Assembly: GCA_000004985.1 (NCBI GenBank)
Contig: GG738944.1
Length of the DNA: 39,119 nt
Reading direction: 5' to 3' (one strand)
Origin: Naegleria gruberi
Taxonomy: Eukaryota
How positions within the stretch are numbered: the stretch's first letter is position 1; each line of letters begins with the position of its first letter. The translations under genes were made by a program, and so were the position numbers. The notes under the pieces are model-generated. The model made no database searches. It was given only the letters and a program-made list of their open reading frames with translations, and had not been told where the DNA came from. Below are positions 1-10,917 of the stretch, in pieces.

Positions 1-135
1 GATATATAAAAATGGAATGTATTATTGGATAAATTAATAATACACAAATAATAATGTAATTTAATTTTGTAACATTTTTGTATCATAATAAAGTATGTGA
101 AAATACAAGTTTTTTATAAAATTGTTAATTTTTTC

Positions 136-402
136 TCAATAATTTTCTAAATTTATGTTCAATTCACTTTTCTCAATAACAGTTAACTTTAAAATTGAAC
201 TTTCAAATATTTGTAAATTACCAAAATAAAAAAACCACAATATTGTTACTCTTATGAAACAATATCTATTTAAAACTATCACTGCCAATTTGCTTATCTC
301 AAGAAACCTAACTGCAATTAACCAACAACACCAAAAAGATGTCAAAAATGGTTTCTGATTTAGAATATTACTTTTTTTAAAGTATCGATTTTCCTTTTGC
401 AT
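136..402 (-). CDS. hypothetical small hydrophobic protein (88 aa); weakly supported
   Basis: ATG-initiated ORF with Cys/Trp/Phe-rich hydrophobic core (FLTSFWCCWLIAVRFL); no recognisable family; could be spurious in AT-rich DNA. Confidence 0.15.
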   Translation of the reverse strand: MQKENRYFKKSNILNQKPFLTSFWCCWLIAVRFLEISKLAVIVLNRYCFIRVTILWFFYFGNLQIFESSILKLTVIEKSELNINLENY

Positions 403-668
403 TTTAATTATCCAATTCCTTTAGCAAATTGCCATATAAACCAATAATTACAATTTTACAACAATATTTCAATAGCTCAATTCCATCCTTAAAAAAAATG
501 GCGACTTTCATTCCATTTTGGATGAAATTATCTACCATCTCCATTGCGTACTCCATTTATGTGACTAGCAATGGCATTTGTCGCCATTCATTCTGTTGTA
601 TTTATATAAACATCTTTGTATGAGCTGTTGTTTCATCATCAGTTCATACAACAAATATTATTAAAAAA

Positions 669-1463
669 ATGTTTTTACCATTACTTGACTTGACTGCTGG
701 TAGTGCATTCTGTTCTCCAAGTGCTGCCTTCTTTGGATATATGGGTGTGGCTTGTGCTTTGATTTTCTCAAATCTTGGATCTGCTTATGGTGCAGGTAAA
801 GCTGGTAAGTGTTTACAATTAATGACCATTCAAATATGTGTGATTGTTTAATATAATAGGTGTTGGTGTTGCTCATTTAGGTTAGTTGAAATTATGAACA
901 TCATCATGTAATTTACAATTATTGTAATCTTGAAGGTATTTTAAATCCTAAACTTGTTGTGAAGGGTTTAATTCCAGTTATTATGTCTGGTATTTTGGGT
1001 ATTTTTGGTTTAATTGTTTCCATTATTATTAGTAGTAATGTTACAACAGGAGTAAGTAGTTGACCAAACAAATAATTAACAAAATTAATAATAATAATTC
1101 AATTTAATTGTTTAGAGTGGATATAGTAATCATAAGGGTTATTCACATCTTGCTTCTGGTTTGGCTGCTGGTCTATCTTGTTTAGCAGCTGGTTTAGCTC
1201 TTGGAGTTGCTGGTGATGCAGGTAAGTGTTTGACTCATTTTCATTCTAATAATATTTTATTATATATATACATTAATAACAAATATTGAATAATTATTCA
1301 TTGATTGAATATAGGTGTTAGAGCATATGGTAAACAACCAAAGATATTTGTAGGATTGGTATTAATATTAATTTTTGGAGAAGCACTTGGATTGTATGGT
1401 TTAATTGTTGCCTTAGTTACATCTCTATCTGATAATGGTCCAAAATGTCTTCCACCTACTTAA
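669..1463 (+). CDS. vatP: V-type H+-ATPase 16 kDa proteolipid subunit c; 5 exons (669-804, 860-880, 936-1051, 1116-1221, 1315-1463), introns 55-94 nt with GTAAGT/GTTAGT donors and AG acceptors
   Basis: Hand-spliced translation gives ...[156 protein letters not shown]. From memory this matches the four-helix proteolipid motifs ([37 protein letters not shown]). Splice phases are consistent (1,1,0,1). Confidence 0.85.
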
Positions 1464-1564
1464 TTATTTTAATTATTTTAAATATGTAAATAAATTAAAT
1501 ATTAAAATAAAATATTATTACATTTCAATAAAATAATTAACTTTTTATTAAAATGAATATTATA

Positions 1565-3220
1565 TTACATTGATTTAAATAACATATCTTGTTCAGAATC
1601 ATTAACAATAGTACCCTTATTTAAAGTAACTGTTAATTTCGCTCTAATTGGATTTCCATAGAAATTAACCATTGTTTCAGATTCATTTGATGTTAGAATT
1701 GATGGAATTTCATTCACTGAAACTCTTTCAACACAAATATTTCTATTAAAATCAAATGATTGTTCCATATAATTATCAAATTCCATATAACGAATATAAA
1801 TCTTATTTAAATCTACTTTAACATCAAAATTATCACCACATGCTGTAATTTCCTTACAAAATTCAATGGAATATGTAGAATGACGTTCAATATCAAAGAG
1901 TCCAATTTTGTTGTAATTACTTCTAGTTATACTTGTAAGTTTGTTTAAATTTGTAGTATTTCTAAATTTAACAATTAATATTTCAAAATCAGAACTTGAT
2001 ATTCCATCACCAGTTGACTTGTTAATATTAAAATCAATAGTAAGCCATTCAGAGATATTAATTACATTTGATTGTACTGTACTTTGCTTTTTTCTCTTCT
2101 TTCTTGATGCACTTAATAAAATACCAGCTCTTTCCTGATAAAAAGTAGGTTGATTAGTGTGAATAAGTGTAATAGGTGCTAATATTGCCTTTTTCAATAA
2201 TTGTTCTATACCTTGAATGAGTGCTGTTCTTTTACATTCATGAATGTGATATTTAATTTCATTTTCTTCTTGTAGTATTGTCTTAAATTCCTTCTTTAGA
2301 AAAACTCTTTTACTATAAAAATCATTTGCATTTTTAAAACATTCTTCAATTTTTGATTTAAAATATGGTTGATCTGTAATGGCACCAAATAAAATTACTT
2401 GATCAATATTTCTCTCCATATAAACCTCAAATATTGGAGTTATCATATTATTAATTGCCTTTTCAATATCAGTATCAAGTTTTTTAATTAAATTTTCATC
2501 ACTACCAATTATATTAAATAAACATTCTTCATTTAAAGATTTTGCACATGAACTAAACATGGCTGACATTAAATTAAATGAATTAATATTATTATATTTT
2601 TCAATAGTTTGATGAATAAGTTCAGTACCAGATACTTCAGCAGATGAATGAGTTAATTTAAATTTTTCATTTTCATTTTGTCTTTCAAGACATGCATTAT
2701 CAACTGTTAAATTTCCAATATCTGATAATAAAATACTATTATTATTTGATTTTGTTGTAAAACATAATGATAATAATCTATATTCTTCTATAATAATTAT
2801 TTTAGAATCATCTATTTGTAATTTAAATATTTCACTACATGCTTTTTTAATACAATTACGATAAATCTTTTTAGAATAATCACTACTACCAGTTGGAATT
2901 GTAAACATAAAATAATCTATATCTAATTCTTTAGAAATACATGCATCTTTTAATATACATTTAATAAGCATGTACATGATAGTGCTTACACTAAATTCCT
3001 TTCCATTAATTTTAATAATTTCTAAATTTTTAATTGTCAATAACTTTTTAATAGATAAAAGTTCAATGATAGGAGTATGTTGTTGTTGTTGTAATTGCTG
3101 TTGTTGTGGCTCTCCATACAGTCCAAATATTTTCTTATCAATAGAGTATTGATTATTATAATAATATAATACTGATCGAGTGTAATATTGTTCACTTGAA
3201 CTTGAAAAACGTGTTGGAAT
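1565..3220 (-). CDS. atypical Hsp70-superfamily (actin-like ATPase fold) protein, 5'-truncated by gap; single exon in the visible part
   Basis: ORF is open from 3220 (gap edge) to TAA at 1565-1567; track start at 3040 is a TTG. Hsp70 nucleotide-binding-domain motif pattern recognisable: FTIPTGSSDYSKKIYRNCIKKA (cf. TVPAYFNDSQRQATKDAG), SILLSDIGNLTVDNACL (cf. LIFDLGGGTFDVSIL), QVILFGAITDQPYFKSKIEECF (cf. [21 protein letters not shown]). Upstream Q-rich linker QQQQLQQQQ. Confidence 0.55.
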   Translation of the reverse strand: MPTRFSSSSEQYYTRSVLYYYNNQYSIDKKIFGLYGEPQQQQLQQQQHTPIIELLSIKKLLTIKNLEIIKINGKEFSVSTIMYMLIKCILKDACISKELDIDYFMFTIPTGSSDYSKKIYRNCIKKACSEIFKLQIDDSKIIIIEEYRLLSLCFTTKSNNNSILLSDIGNLTVDNACLERQNENEKFKLTHSSAEVSGTELIHQTIEKYNNINSFNLMSAMFSSCAKSLNEECLFNIIGSDENLIKKLDTDIEKAINNMITPIFEVYMERNIDQVILFGAITDQPYFKSKIEECFKNANDFYSKRVFLKKEFKTILQEENEIKYHIHECKRTALIQGIEQLLKKAILAPITLIHTNQPTFYQERAGILLSASRKKRKKQSTVQSNVINISEWLTIDFNINKSTGDGISSSDFEILIVKFRNTTNLNKLTSITRSNYNKIGLFDIERHSTYSIEFCKEITACGDNFDVKVDLNKIYIRYMEFDNYMEQSFDFNRNICVERVSVNEIPSILTSNESETMVNFYGNPIRAKLTVTLNKGTIVNDSEQDMLFKSM

Positions 3221-3475
3221 NNNNNNNNNNNNNNNNNNNNNNNNNNNNNNNNNNNNNNNNNNNNNNNNNNNNNNNNNNNNNNNNNNNNNNNNNNNNNNNN
3301 NNNNNNNNNNNNNNNNNNNNNNNNNNNNNNNNNNNNNNNNNNNNNNNNNNNNNNNNNNNNNNNNNNNNNNNNNNNNNNNNNNNNNNNNNNNNNNNNNNNN
3401 NNNNNNNNNNNNNNNNNNNNNNNNNNNNNNNNNNNNNNNNNNNNNNNNNNNNNNNNNNNNNNNNNNNNNNNNNNN
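3221..3475. other. assembly gap (N run, 255 nt)
   Basis: continuous n characters; truncates 5' end of minus-strand Hsp70-like ORF. Confidence 1.
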
Positions 3476-4014
3476 TGTTATTATTGTTGTTTTGTTTTTT
3501 TGTTGTTTTGTTTGATGTTGTTTTGAAGATTTATTTGTTTTGAAACAAATCTAATAATAACTTTTTGTTTTCAAAACAAACTTTTTCTCCAATCAAATCA
3601 ACAGCAAACCATCATTACAAAATTCTTACAATAATTACTTAAAACTTCAAATTTTATACAGCGTTGTTTAAATAAACAATCAATAATGACGATTTTTAAA
3701 ATCGGAAGAAGAAACCATCAGCCTTTGAATAAAAATTAGCTGGTACATTTTTTTTAAAATTAAATACGAATTTTCTGAATATAATTAATTATTGAATAAT
3801 ATTTAAACATGATGATAAGGTGAGACCCAAATCAACAATTTTTCACAACCAGATCATATTAATTGTGATTGTGGCGCCAAAAATAATTCATGTACAAAAT
3901 AATAACACGTTACATTCAATTTGAAATGAATAAAAAAAATTCAAAAAGCCTTTCAACATTTTATCACAAAAACATCACCAAGACATTTAGAGATCGGAAT
4001 TGATAAACAACATT

Positions 4015-5217
4015 ATGCCCAAATCCAATCATACGACAACATCGTCTAATGGATCTTCTGCTACCACCTCATCACAACATTCTCTTCCAATATCATCATC
4101 ATCAAAAACTTACACTGACTCATCTTCACATTTAAATTCATTTAGATTTATACCTTATCCTATACCACCACCACCATCATCATCTCATCATTCTCATTCT
4201 CATCCTCATCATCATCAATTACAACAACCAATAATACCACCACCACCACAACAACCACAATATACTTTTAATAATTCAAATAGAACAACAAATAATGTAT
4301 TTCAACATCCTTATAGTTTTTTCATTCCACCACCACCACCAACATTATCACATCAAACAACAATACCACCACCACCATTCTTTTCATTAGCCAATCATCA
4401 TCATCATCCTTTTATTTCTCCTCAACAATTATTTATTAATAATAGTAATAATAATAATAATAATACTTATAGACCACCCATTCCATTATCATCCATGAAT
4501 AATGTTATGATGATGAATCAACAATCAATACCAACAACACCACCACCTATAACACCACCACCTTTAATATCAACAACACCTACAACACCAACAACAACAC
4601 CACCACCTTTAATATTTCCTTCACAGCCTCCATTACCACCACCACCACCACCTACTACTACTAATTCATTAACATCATCTTCTACAACGATATCAACAAC
4701 ACCCAAAGCAGTTTATCAACATTTTATTCCTCCACCACGTCCTATTCCACTCATTAATAATAATACTGCTACCACTACCACCACTGCAAGTAAAACATCA
4801 ATATGGAAACCTCCTACAAATATATCATCATCAACATCTAATAATACTACTACTAGTACAAATACTACTACTACTTCCAATAATAATAATAATAATAATA
4901 ATAATATATTGAACAAGACACCATTATCTTCATTACCTTCATTCATTCCACCAACAATACCAAATGTAAATACTTTTATACCTCCTCAACCTCTTTCTAA
5001 AATTGTTAATCATTCTACTAATAATACTACTTCTAATAATAGTAATATTAATATTAGTAATAATAGTAATAATGGAATATTATCAAAAAATGATACTAAT
5101 ACTAATAATGGAATTAATTTATTAAATAATGTAAATATAACATCATCTAACAATATTACTTCTTCTTCTTCAAATAATAATAATAATATAACAAGTAATA
5201 TTATAAATAATACAATT
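4015..5217 (+). CDS. low-complexity P/T/S/N/H-rich protein (3' end in gap); unknown function
   Basis: ATG at 4015 (track start at 4000 is TTG); more than 400 codons with PPPP, HHSHSHPHHH, TTPTTPTTTPPP and N9 homopolymer runs encoded by (CCA)n/(AAT)n/(ACT)n; typical dictyostelid low-complexity ORF; antisense ORFs 4518-4946 are mirror artefacts. Confidence 0.5.
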
Positions 5218-6844
5218 NNNNNNNNNNNNNNNNNNNNNNNNNNNNNNNNNNNNNNNNNNNNNNNNNNNNNNNNNNNNNNNNNNNNNNNNNNNNNNNNNNN
5301 NNNNNNNNNNNNNNNNNNNNNNNNNNNNNNNNNNNNNNNNNNNNNNNNNNNNNNNNNNNNNNNNNNNNNNNNNNNNNNNNNNNNNNNNNNNNNNNNNNNN
5401 NNNNNNNNNNNNNNNNNNNNNNNNNNNNNNNNNNNNNNNNNNNNNNNNNNNNNNNNNNNNNNNNNNNNNNNNNNNNNNNNNNNNNNNNNNNNNNNNNNNN
5501 NNNNNNNNNNNNNNNNNNNNNNNNNNNNNNNNNNNNNNNNNNNNNNNNNNNNNNNNNNNNNNNNNNNNNNNNNNNNNNNNNNNNNNNNNNNNNNNNNNNN
5601 NNNNNNNNNNNNNNNNNNNNNNNNNNNNNNNNNNNNNNNNNNNNNNNNNNNNNNNNNNNNNNNNNNNNNNNNNNNNNNNNNNNNNNNNNNNNNNNNNNNN
5701 NNNNNNNNNNNNNNNNNNNNNNNNNNNNNNNNNNNNNNNNNNNNNNNNNNNNNNNNNNNNNNNNNNNNNNNNNNNNNNNNNNNNNNNNNNNNNNNNNNNN
5801 NNNNNNNNNNNNNNNNNNNNNNNNNNNNNNNNNNNNNNNNNNNNNNNNNNNNNNNNNNNNNNNNNNNNNNNNNNNNNNNNNNNNNNNNNNNNNNNNNNNN
5901 NNNNNNNNNNNNNNNNNNNNNNNNNNNNNNNNNNNNNNNNNNNNNNNNNNNNNNNNNNNNNNNNNNNNNNNNNNNNNNNNNNNNNNNNNNNNNNNNNNNN
6001 NNNNNNNNNNNNNNNNNNNNNNNNNNNNNNNNNNNNNNNNNNNNNNNNNNNNNNNNNNNNNNNNNNNNNNNNNNNNNNNNNNNNNNNNNNNNNNNNNNNN
6101 NNNNNNNNNNNNNNNNNNNNNNNNNNNNNNNNNNNNNNNNNNNNNNNNNNNNNNNNNNNNNNNNNNNNNNNNNNNNNNNNNNNNNNNNNNNNNNNNNNNN
6201 NNNNNNNNNNNNNNNNNNNNNNNNNNNNNNNNNNNNNNNNNNNNNNNNNNNNNNNNNNNNNNNNNNNNNNNNNNNNNNNNNNNNNNNNNNNNNNNNNNNN
6301 NNNNNNNNNNNNNNNNNNNNNNNNNNNNNNNNNNNNNNNNNNNNNNNNNNNNNNNNNNNNNNNNNNNNNNNNNNNNNNNNNNNNNNNNNNNNNNNNNNNN
6401 NNNNNNNNNNNNNNNNNNNNNNNNNNNNNNNNNNNNNNNNNNNNNNNNNNNNNNNNNNNNNNNNNNNNNNNNNNNNNNNNNNNNNNNNNNNNNNNNNNNN
6501 NNNNNNNNNNNNNNNNNNNNNNNNNNNNNNNNNNNNNNNNNNNNNNNNNNNNNNNNNNNNNNNNNNNNNNNNNNNNNNNNNNNNNNNNNNNNNNNNNNNN
6601 NNNNNNNNNNNNNNNNNNNNNNNNNNNNNNNNNNNNNNNNNNNNNNNNNNNNNNNNNNNNNNNNNNNNNNNNNNNNNNNNNNNNNNNNNNNNNNNNNNNN
6701 NNNNNNNNNNNNNNNNNNNNNNNNNNNNNNNNNNNNNNNNNNNNNNNNNNNNNNNNNNNNNNNNNNNNNNNNNNNNNNNNNNNNNNNNNNNNNNNNNNNN
6801 NNNNNNNNNNNNNNNNNNNNNNNNNNNNNNNNNNNNNNNNNNNN
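5218..6844. other. assembly gap (N run, 1627 nt)
   Basis: continuous n characters; removes 3' part of low-complexity CDS starting at 4015. Confidence 1.
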
Positions 6845-7289
6845 CTTAAGCTTGGAGAGTGATGTCATTATCGTGTCTTATGCTTTGATTTCAATTTTTA
6901 AAACTGTATTTCTTTAGTGAACATACACTGAATTTGACCAACAGCAAGTGGAATCAATTAAATAATTTCGTTCATCAGAGTCATATATTTAGGATGATAT
7001 TTGTCATATCTGTCCACAAAGAATTTGGTAACATTTTCTTTGGAAAATGAGGCAGCAATTGGAGAGTTATATGAAAGAATTTCAGTTCACAGTGATAGAT
7101 TCTAAATTTTGAACCTTTTCAATATAAATATCTATCAAGAGAGCTAGCAAAATACAGAATGCCATGATATTGAGAATGAGAATAGTCACAACTAGACATT
7201 TAGTGTTGGACATAGAAACTGAACCACAACATGTATTCACCTCAATACCTCCAATTCCATCTCGCATTGGAAGGCTTTATAATAGGTTA

Positions 7290-7800
7290 TTGTTGCTGTG
7301 GGATTTGAAGAATGAGTAGGTGAAAAGGATGATGCTTTGGAAATTCTTGTTAATATCGATAAAAAGGAGGATTATGACTATGGCTTATTGGAACTGAAGT
7401 TGAGAAAGGATACTCAAACCAATGACGTAGTAAAACATTGGGTTGTTTGATTCTTATTTGTTGTGTTGTTTGATGGTCTTGCCAGTTGTTATTTCATTGG
7501 TGGCCTCGTTCAATAGAGAAAAGCAAAAACGTGGTAAATTGGAAGAGCTAAAGTAATTGTCTGAATGATACAATGCCAGATCTAAAACTTAATGAACTTT
7601 TCAAAAAGCATTTTGAGCAAGAGTTTAGTATAGAGAACTTCCTCATCTGGAAAGAATTGTAGAATATATGTAATATTAGTATTGGAAAGAGAAGGACATT
7701 TCACCAACTCCATTTAAAATGAAATCTCCTGAGTGTACTGCTGCTTGATGTTGAAATGAAGCTTAGTGTAATTCAGGTGGTTGAGCATATCATAGAGACA
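7290..7800 (+). pseudogene. degenerate gene remnant with RGS-domain-like fragment interrupted by in-frame stops
   Basis: 7574-7800 translates MPDLKLNELFKKHFEQEFSIENFLIWKEL*NICNISIGKRRTFHQLHLK*NLLSVLLLDVEMKLSVIQVVEHIIETK*. The EFSxENxxxW core matches the RGS-box signature as I recall it (FLKSEFSEENIEFW) but carries TAG/TGA stops; upstream frames (DDALEILVNIDKKEDYDYGLLELKLRKDTQTNDVVKHWVV*, FNREKQKRGKLEELK*) are also coding-like but broken. Confidence 0.3.
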
Positions 7801-9571
7801 AAATAAATCTTAATCTTCCAACAATACTAGTAACTGGTTTGTGTTAAATGTTGGTATAAAGGTAGAATTAATTGTTTTTAGGATTGATTGCAGATATTTC
7901 ATTTTGAATGGTAGATTTTGGAATGAGATAATCCTGTTTGTACAATAATGTTTACGTGGTGCTGTTTTAATATCTTCATCATAGTAACAAAAACATTTAC
8001 CAGTAGCTAAATTTGAAAGGTTCTAACATTTTGGAACAATTATGTTTCAAGCTAACATCATTATTGGATTTGTGTAATAATTGTAGGTGATGAGGTTGAA
8101 ACTTTTCCCAAACTACTCTTGATGGTTGGTGGAGTATTTTGTTGTTGGTAATTTAATAACAATATCAACAACAACAACAATAACCTTGAAACAACAATTC
8201 AATAACAATTATTACGATTTTCACGAATAGATTCAAAAATGTTTAAACCTAGAGTGTCGAGTAATCACATATGGACTCTTACCGGTGAACTCTCATCATA
8301 ATCTTCTTACAATAAATGTAAGGTTTGGTGATGTTGTGAATGATGTTTCGTAGTTGTGTTGATGTAGTTGGTTTCATCATATTTGAATAAGAGGTAGTTG
8401 CTGGTATTTTTATTATTATTAATATATTGTAAGAGAAAAAACATTTAATGAAGAAGACGCTTGGCCACGGTAAAGTTTGTGTTCTCGTTAATTTGTTGTG
8501 CTGCCAAAAATTAAAATTGGAATGGCTACTGTGTGATTAATATTGGCGCATAACAACAACATAAGTTGTATCTTATGAAGAATCTGATGAAACACTAGTA
8601 TCTCTTTTAAACCTTTTTTTAACATTTTTAAATTTTTTAGCGTGAGATTCTATCAATTCTGTTCTCCTCAATAAAATTTTATCATTAATATTTGCAAATT
8701 CATCTTTTTTAAAATTATCATGAATATTATAATCAGTTCCCTCAATAAGTGTATTCACAGAATCAGAAACTTTTTTCATAGAAAAGTTATCAACTAATTT
8801 ATCAATTTTCTTAACAATTTCATTTGTATGTATTCTTCATATTTTTTATCAACAATATTCCAAAATTTATCATAATGATCATCTATTCCTTTGAATATTA
8901 TTTCTGTATCTAAAGAAATTACATGTATGAAAATAACCCATTCTTGCCAGATAATTATTTGATTTATATGTTTTATACAAAGTTACAGAAGCGTCATATA
9001 TTTCTCCTGGATCTGTAACATCAATTACCATTTATGCAATATGATTTCTTGTTCTCTTGAATCTTTTACCAATCACTGTTGGTCTATTGGTTTCTGTTTC
9101 TGATTCTTTATAGCCATGTTCTCCTATTTCCTCGTTTGCAGATTCTTCTTCTTCTTCATGAATAATAAATTTTTTCATGCTGTCTTGTCCTTCAAGATAT
9201 GAACATCATATGAGGTGAGAAAAGTATGCAACAGAGATTCAACGAGGCAATTAATATTTTCTTTTCGTTTGCATCACCAGTTGTGAGTGTTTTCTTCACT
9301 TTTTCTTGATCCCAATTATGAAAAATTGCTTTCCTCACGGAAAAGGCCAAGATGGCCGTAATGCTCCATCCAATTAATTTCATGGTAGACTCATGTCAGA
9401 CATTCAACACTTGAATTCTGACAATAAAAATGATTTGGAGCCAAATCATCATTGTTTACGGAAACAAAAATTTGTTTTCTTACTCATTTAATATATGAAA
9501 TAGGCACATTGGTGGTTGTTTCCCTAATTGTATGTCATGCTTGTCATCTGTAACAAGGATTTGTGGCAAGA

Positions 9572-9943
9572 ATGAAACGTAAGAAACAAAAATCATCTCT
9601 CATCAGAATTCCTCGTAAAAGCGTTCCATTAGAAGATCAACAACCTTCTGTTATTGTGGAAACACCTATTCTTGTGGAAATTGAACGATTAAACTATGAC
9701 ATGAAACTTCTTCAACGATTCTATGAACAACAAAGACATGGAGAATTGTGTAAATCAGCAAGAGAAATCCTCAACAAGAAACTTCATCCTGATTTCTGCA
9801 AATTTGGACATTTTCTTGGACTTGGATCATGCCTTCCAGATGGAAAAAATTTTCTGGTACAATTCAAACATGTCTTTATTATTTCTTCAACAAGAGCAAA
9901 CTTCTCAATTGGCTTGGCGTTGATGCCAATCCTCCCTCAATAA
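9572..9943 (+). CDS. hypothetical basic protein (123 aa) with non-host codon usage; possibly transposon-derived
   Basis: ATG 9572 (track start 9563 is GTG); MKRKKQKSSLIRIPRK... uses CGT/CCT/GTG/CTT/GGC codons unusual for the flanking A/T-third-position genes; lies in GC-enriched block 6845-10375. Confidence 0.2.
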   Translation: MKRKKQKSSLIRIPRKSVPLEDQQPSVIVETPILVEIERLNYDMKLLQRFYEQQRHGELCKSAREILNKKLHPDFCKFGHFLGLGSCLPDGKNFLVQFKHVFIISSTRANFSIGLALMPILPQ

Positions 9944-10375
9944 GTGACCGTCACTTCTAAAGTTTCTGAAGAATAGTGGGTAAACCTCAAAGGCTTTCTA
10001 TTATTGATTGTCGTTCGGAAATGTTGTTGAATTGATGTTGTGTTGACTTCCACTTTCCACTTAGATGATTGTAAGTGGATCAAAGTAAACTGATTATCTT
10101 TGCGTTGCCTTGATTAAAATATTGTTTGTCATTGCTCAAATAGTAAATTGTAATATTTATTAACGTTAATTAACGTCTCTTGTATCGTAAAGACCTGAGC
10201 TCAAATAGCTTGCAGAAATTCATCATTCTTCTCAGCCTCACATTCGTTTAAAAAAGATTACGACGTAACATATTTCATTCAAAACAGAAGCATGAAGTTC
10301 ATGCTTACGACATGTCAAGCTTGTCATCACGTAAAACACGTCAAATACAAAAAGTGTTGCCCATTGCTCTAAAAA

Positions 10376-10496
10376 ATGTCCAAACTTTTTGTTTTGTTGT
10401 TTATTGCACTATTCTCATTTCTTCAATGGGAGCAACACAATGTTGCACTTTGTATTAATCTACCTCCAAGGGAACAAATGACAAGAATGTATATTG
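10376..10496 (+). CDS. exon 1 (signal peptide) of EGF-repeat surface protein; ends at GTATGT donor 10497
   Basis: MSKLFVLLFIALFSFLQWEQHNVALC... is a textbook N-terminal signal peptide; GGTATGTTT donor right after ...MYIG; intron continues into gap. Link to the downstream ORF is inferred, since frame across the gap is meaningless. Confidence 0.5.
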
Positions 10497-10512
10497 GTAT
10501 GTTTATTATCTT

Positions 10513-10917
10513 NNNNNNNNNNNNNNNNNNNNNNNNNNNNNNNNNNNNNNNNNNNNNNNNNNNNNNNNNNNNNNNNNNNNNNNNNNNNNNNNNNNNNNNN
10601 NNNNNNNNNNNNNNNNNNNNNNNNNNNNNNNNNNNNNNNNNNNNNNNNNNNNNNNNNNNNNNNNNNNNNNNNNNNNNNNNNNNNNNNNNNNNNNNNNNNN
10701 NNNNNNNNNNNNNNNNNNNNNNNNNNNNNNNNNNNNNNNNNNNNNNNNNNNNNNNNNNNNNNNNNNNNNNNNNNNNNNNNNNNNNNNNNNNNNNNNNNNN
10801 NNNNNNNNNNNNNNNNNNNNNNNNNNNNNNNNNNNNNNNNNNNNNNNNNNNNNNNNNNNNNNNNNNNNNNNNNNNNNNNNNNNNNNNNNNNNNNNNNNNN
10901 NNNNNNNNNNNNNNNNN
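10513..10917. other. assembly gap (N run, 405 nt)
   Basis: continuous n characters; begins 16 nt after a GTATGT splice donor, so lies within or next to intron 1 of the EGF-repeat gene. Confidence 1.

Noticed and set aside
3040-3040. Track-annotated Met starts at 3040, 4000, 15486, 17340, 21269, 21336, 33031, 37461
   Set aside because: Underlying codons are TTG/GTG; frames are open further upstream, so these are not real initiation sites.
4518-4946. Minus-strand Gly/Val-rich ORFs (GGGGGGNGG...)
   Set aside because: Mirror image of (CCA)n/(ACC)n proline/threonine codon runs of the plus-strand low-complexity gene.
5201-6868. 555-aa minus ORF and 949-aa plus ORF extension consisting of X
   Set aside because: Entirely N-gap; no information.
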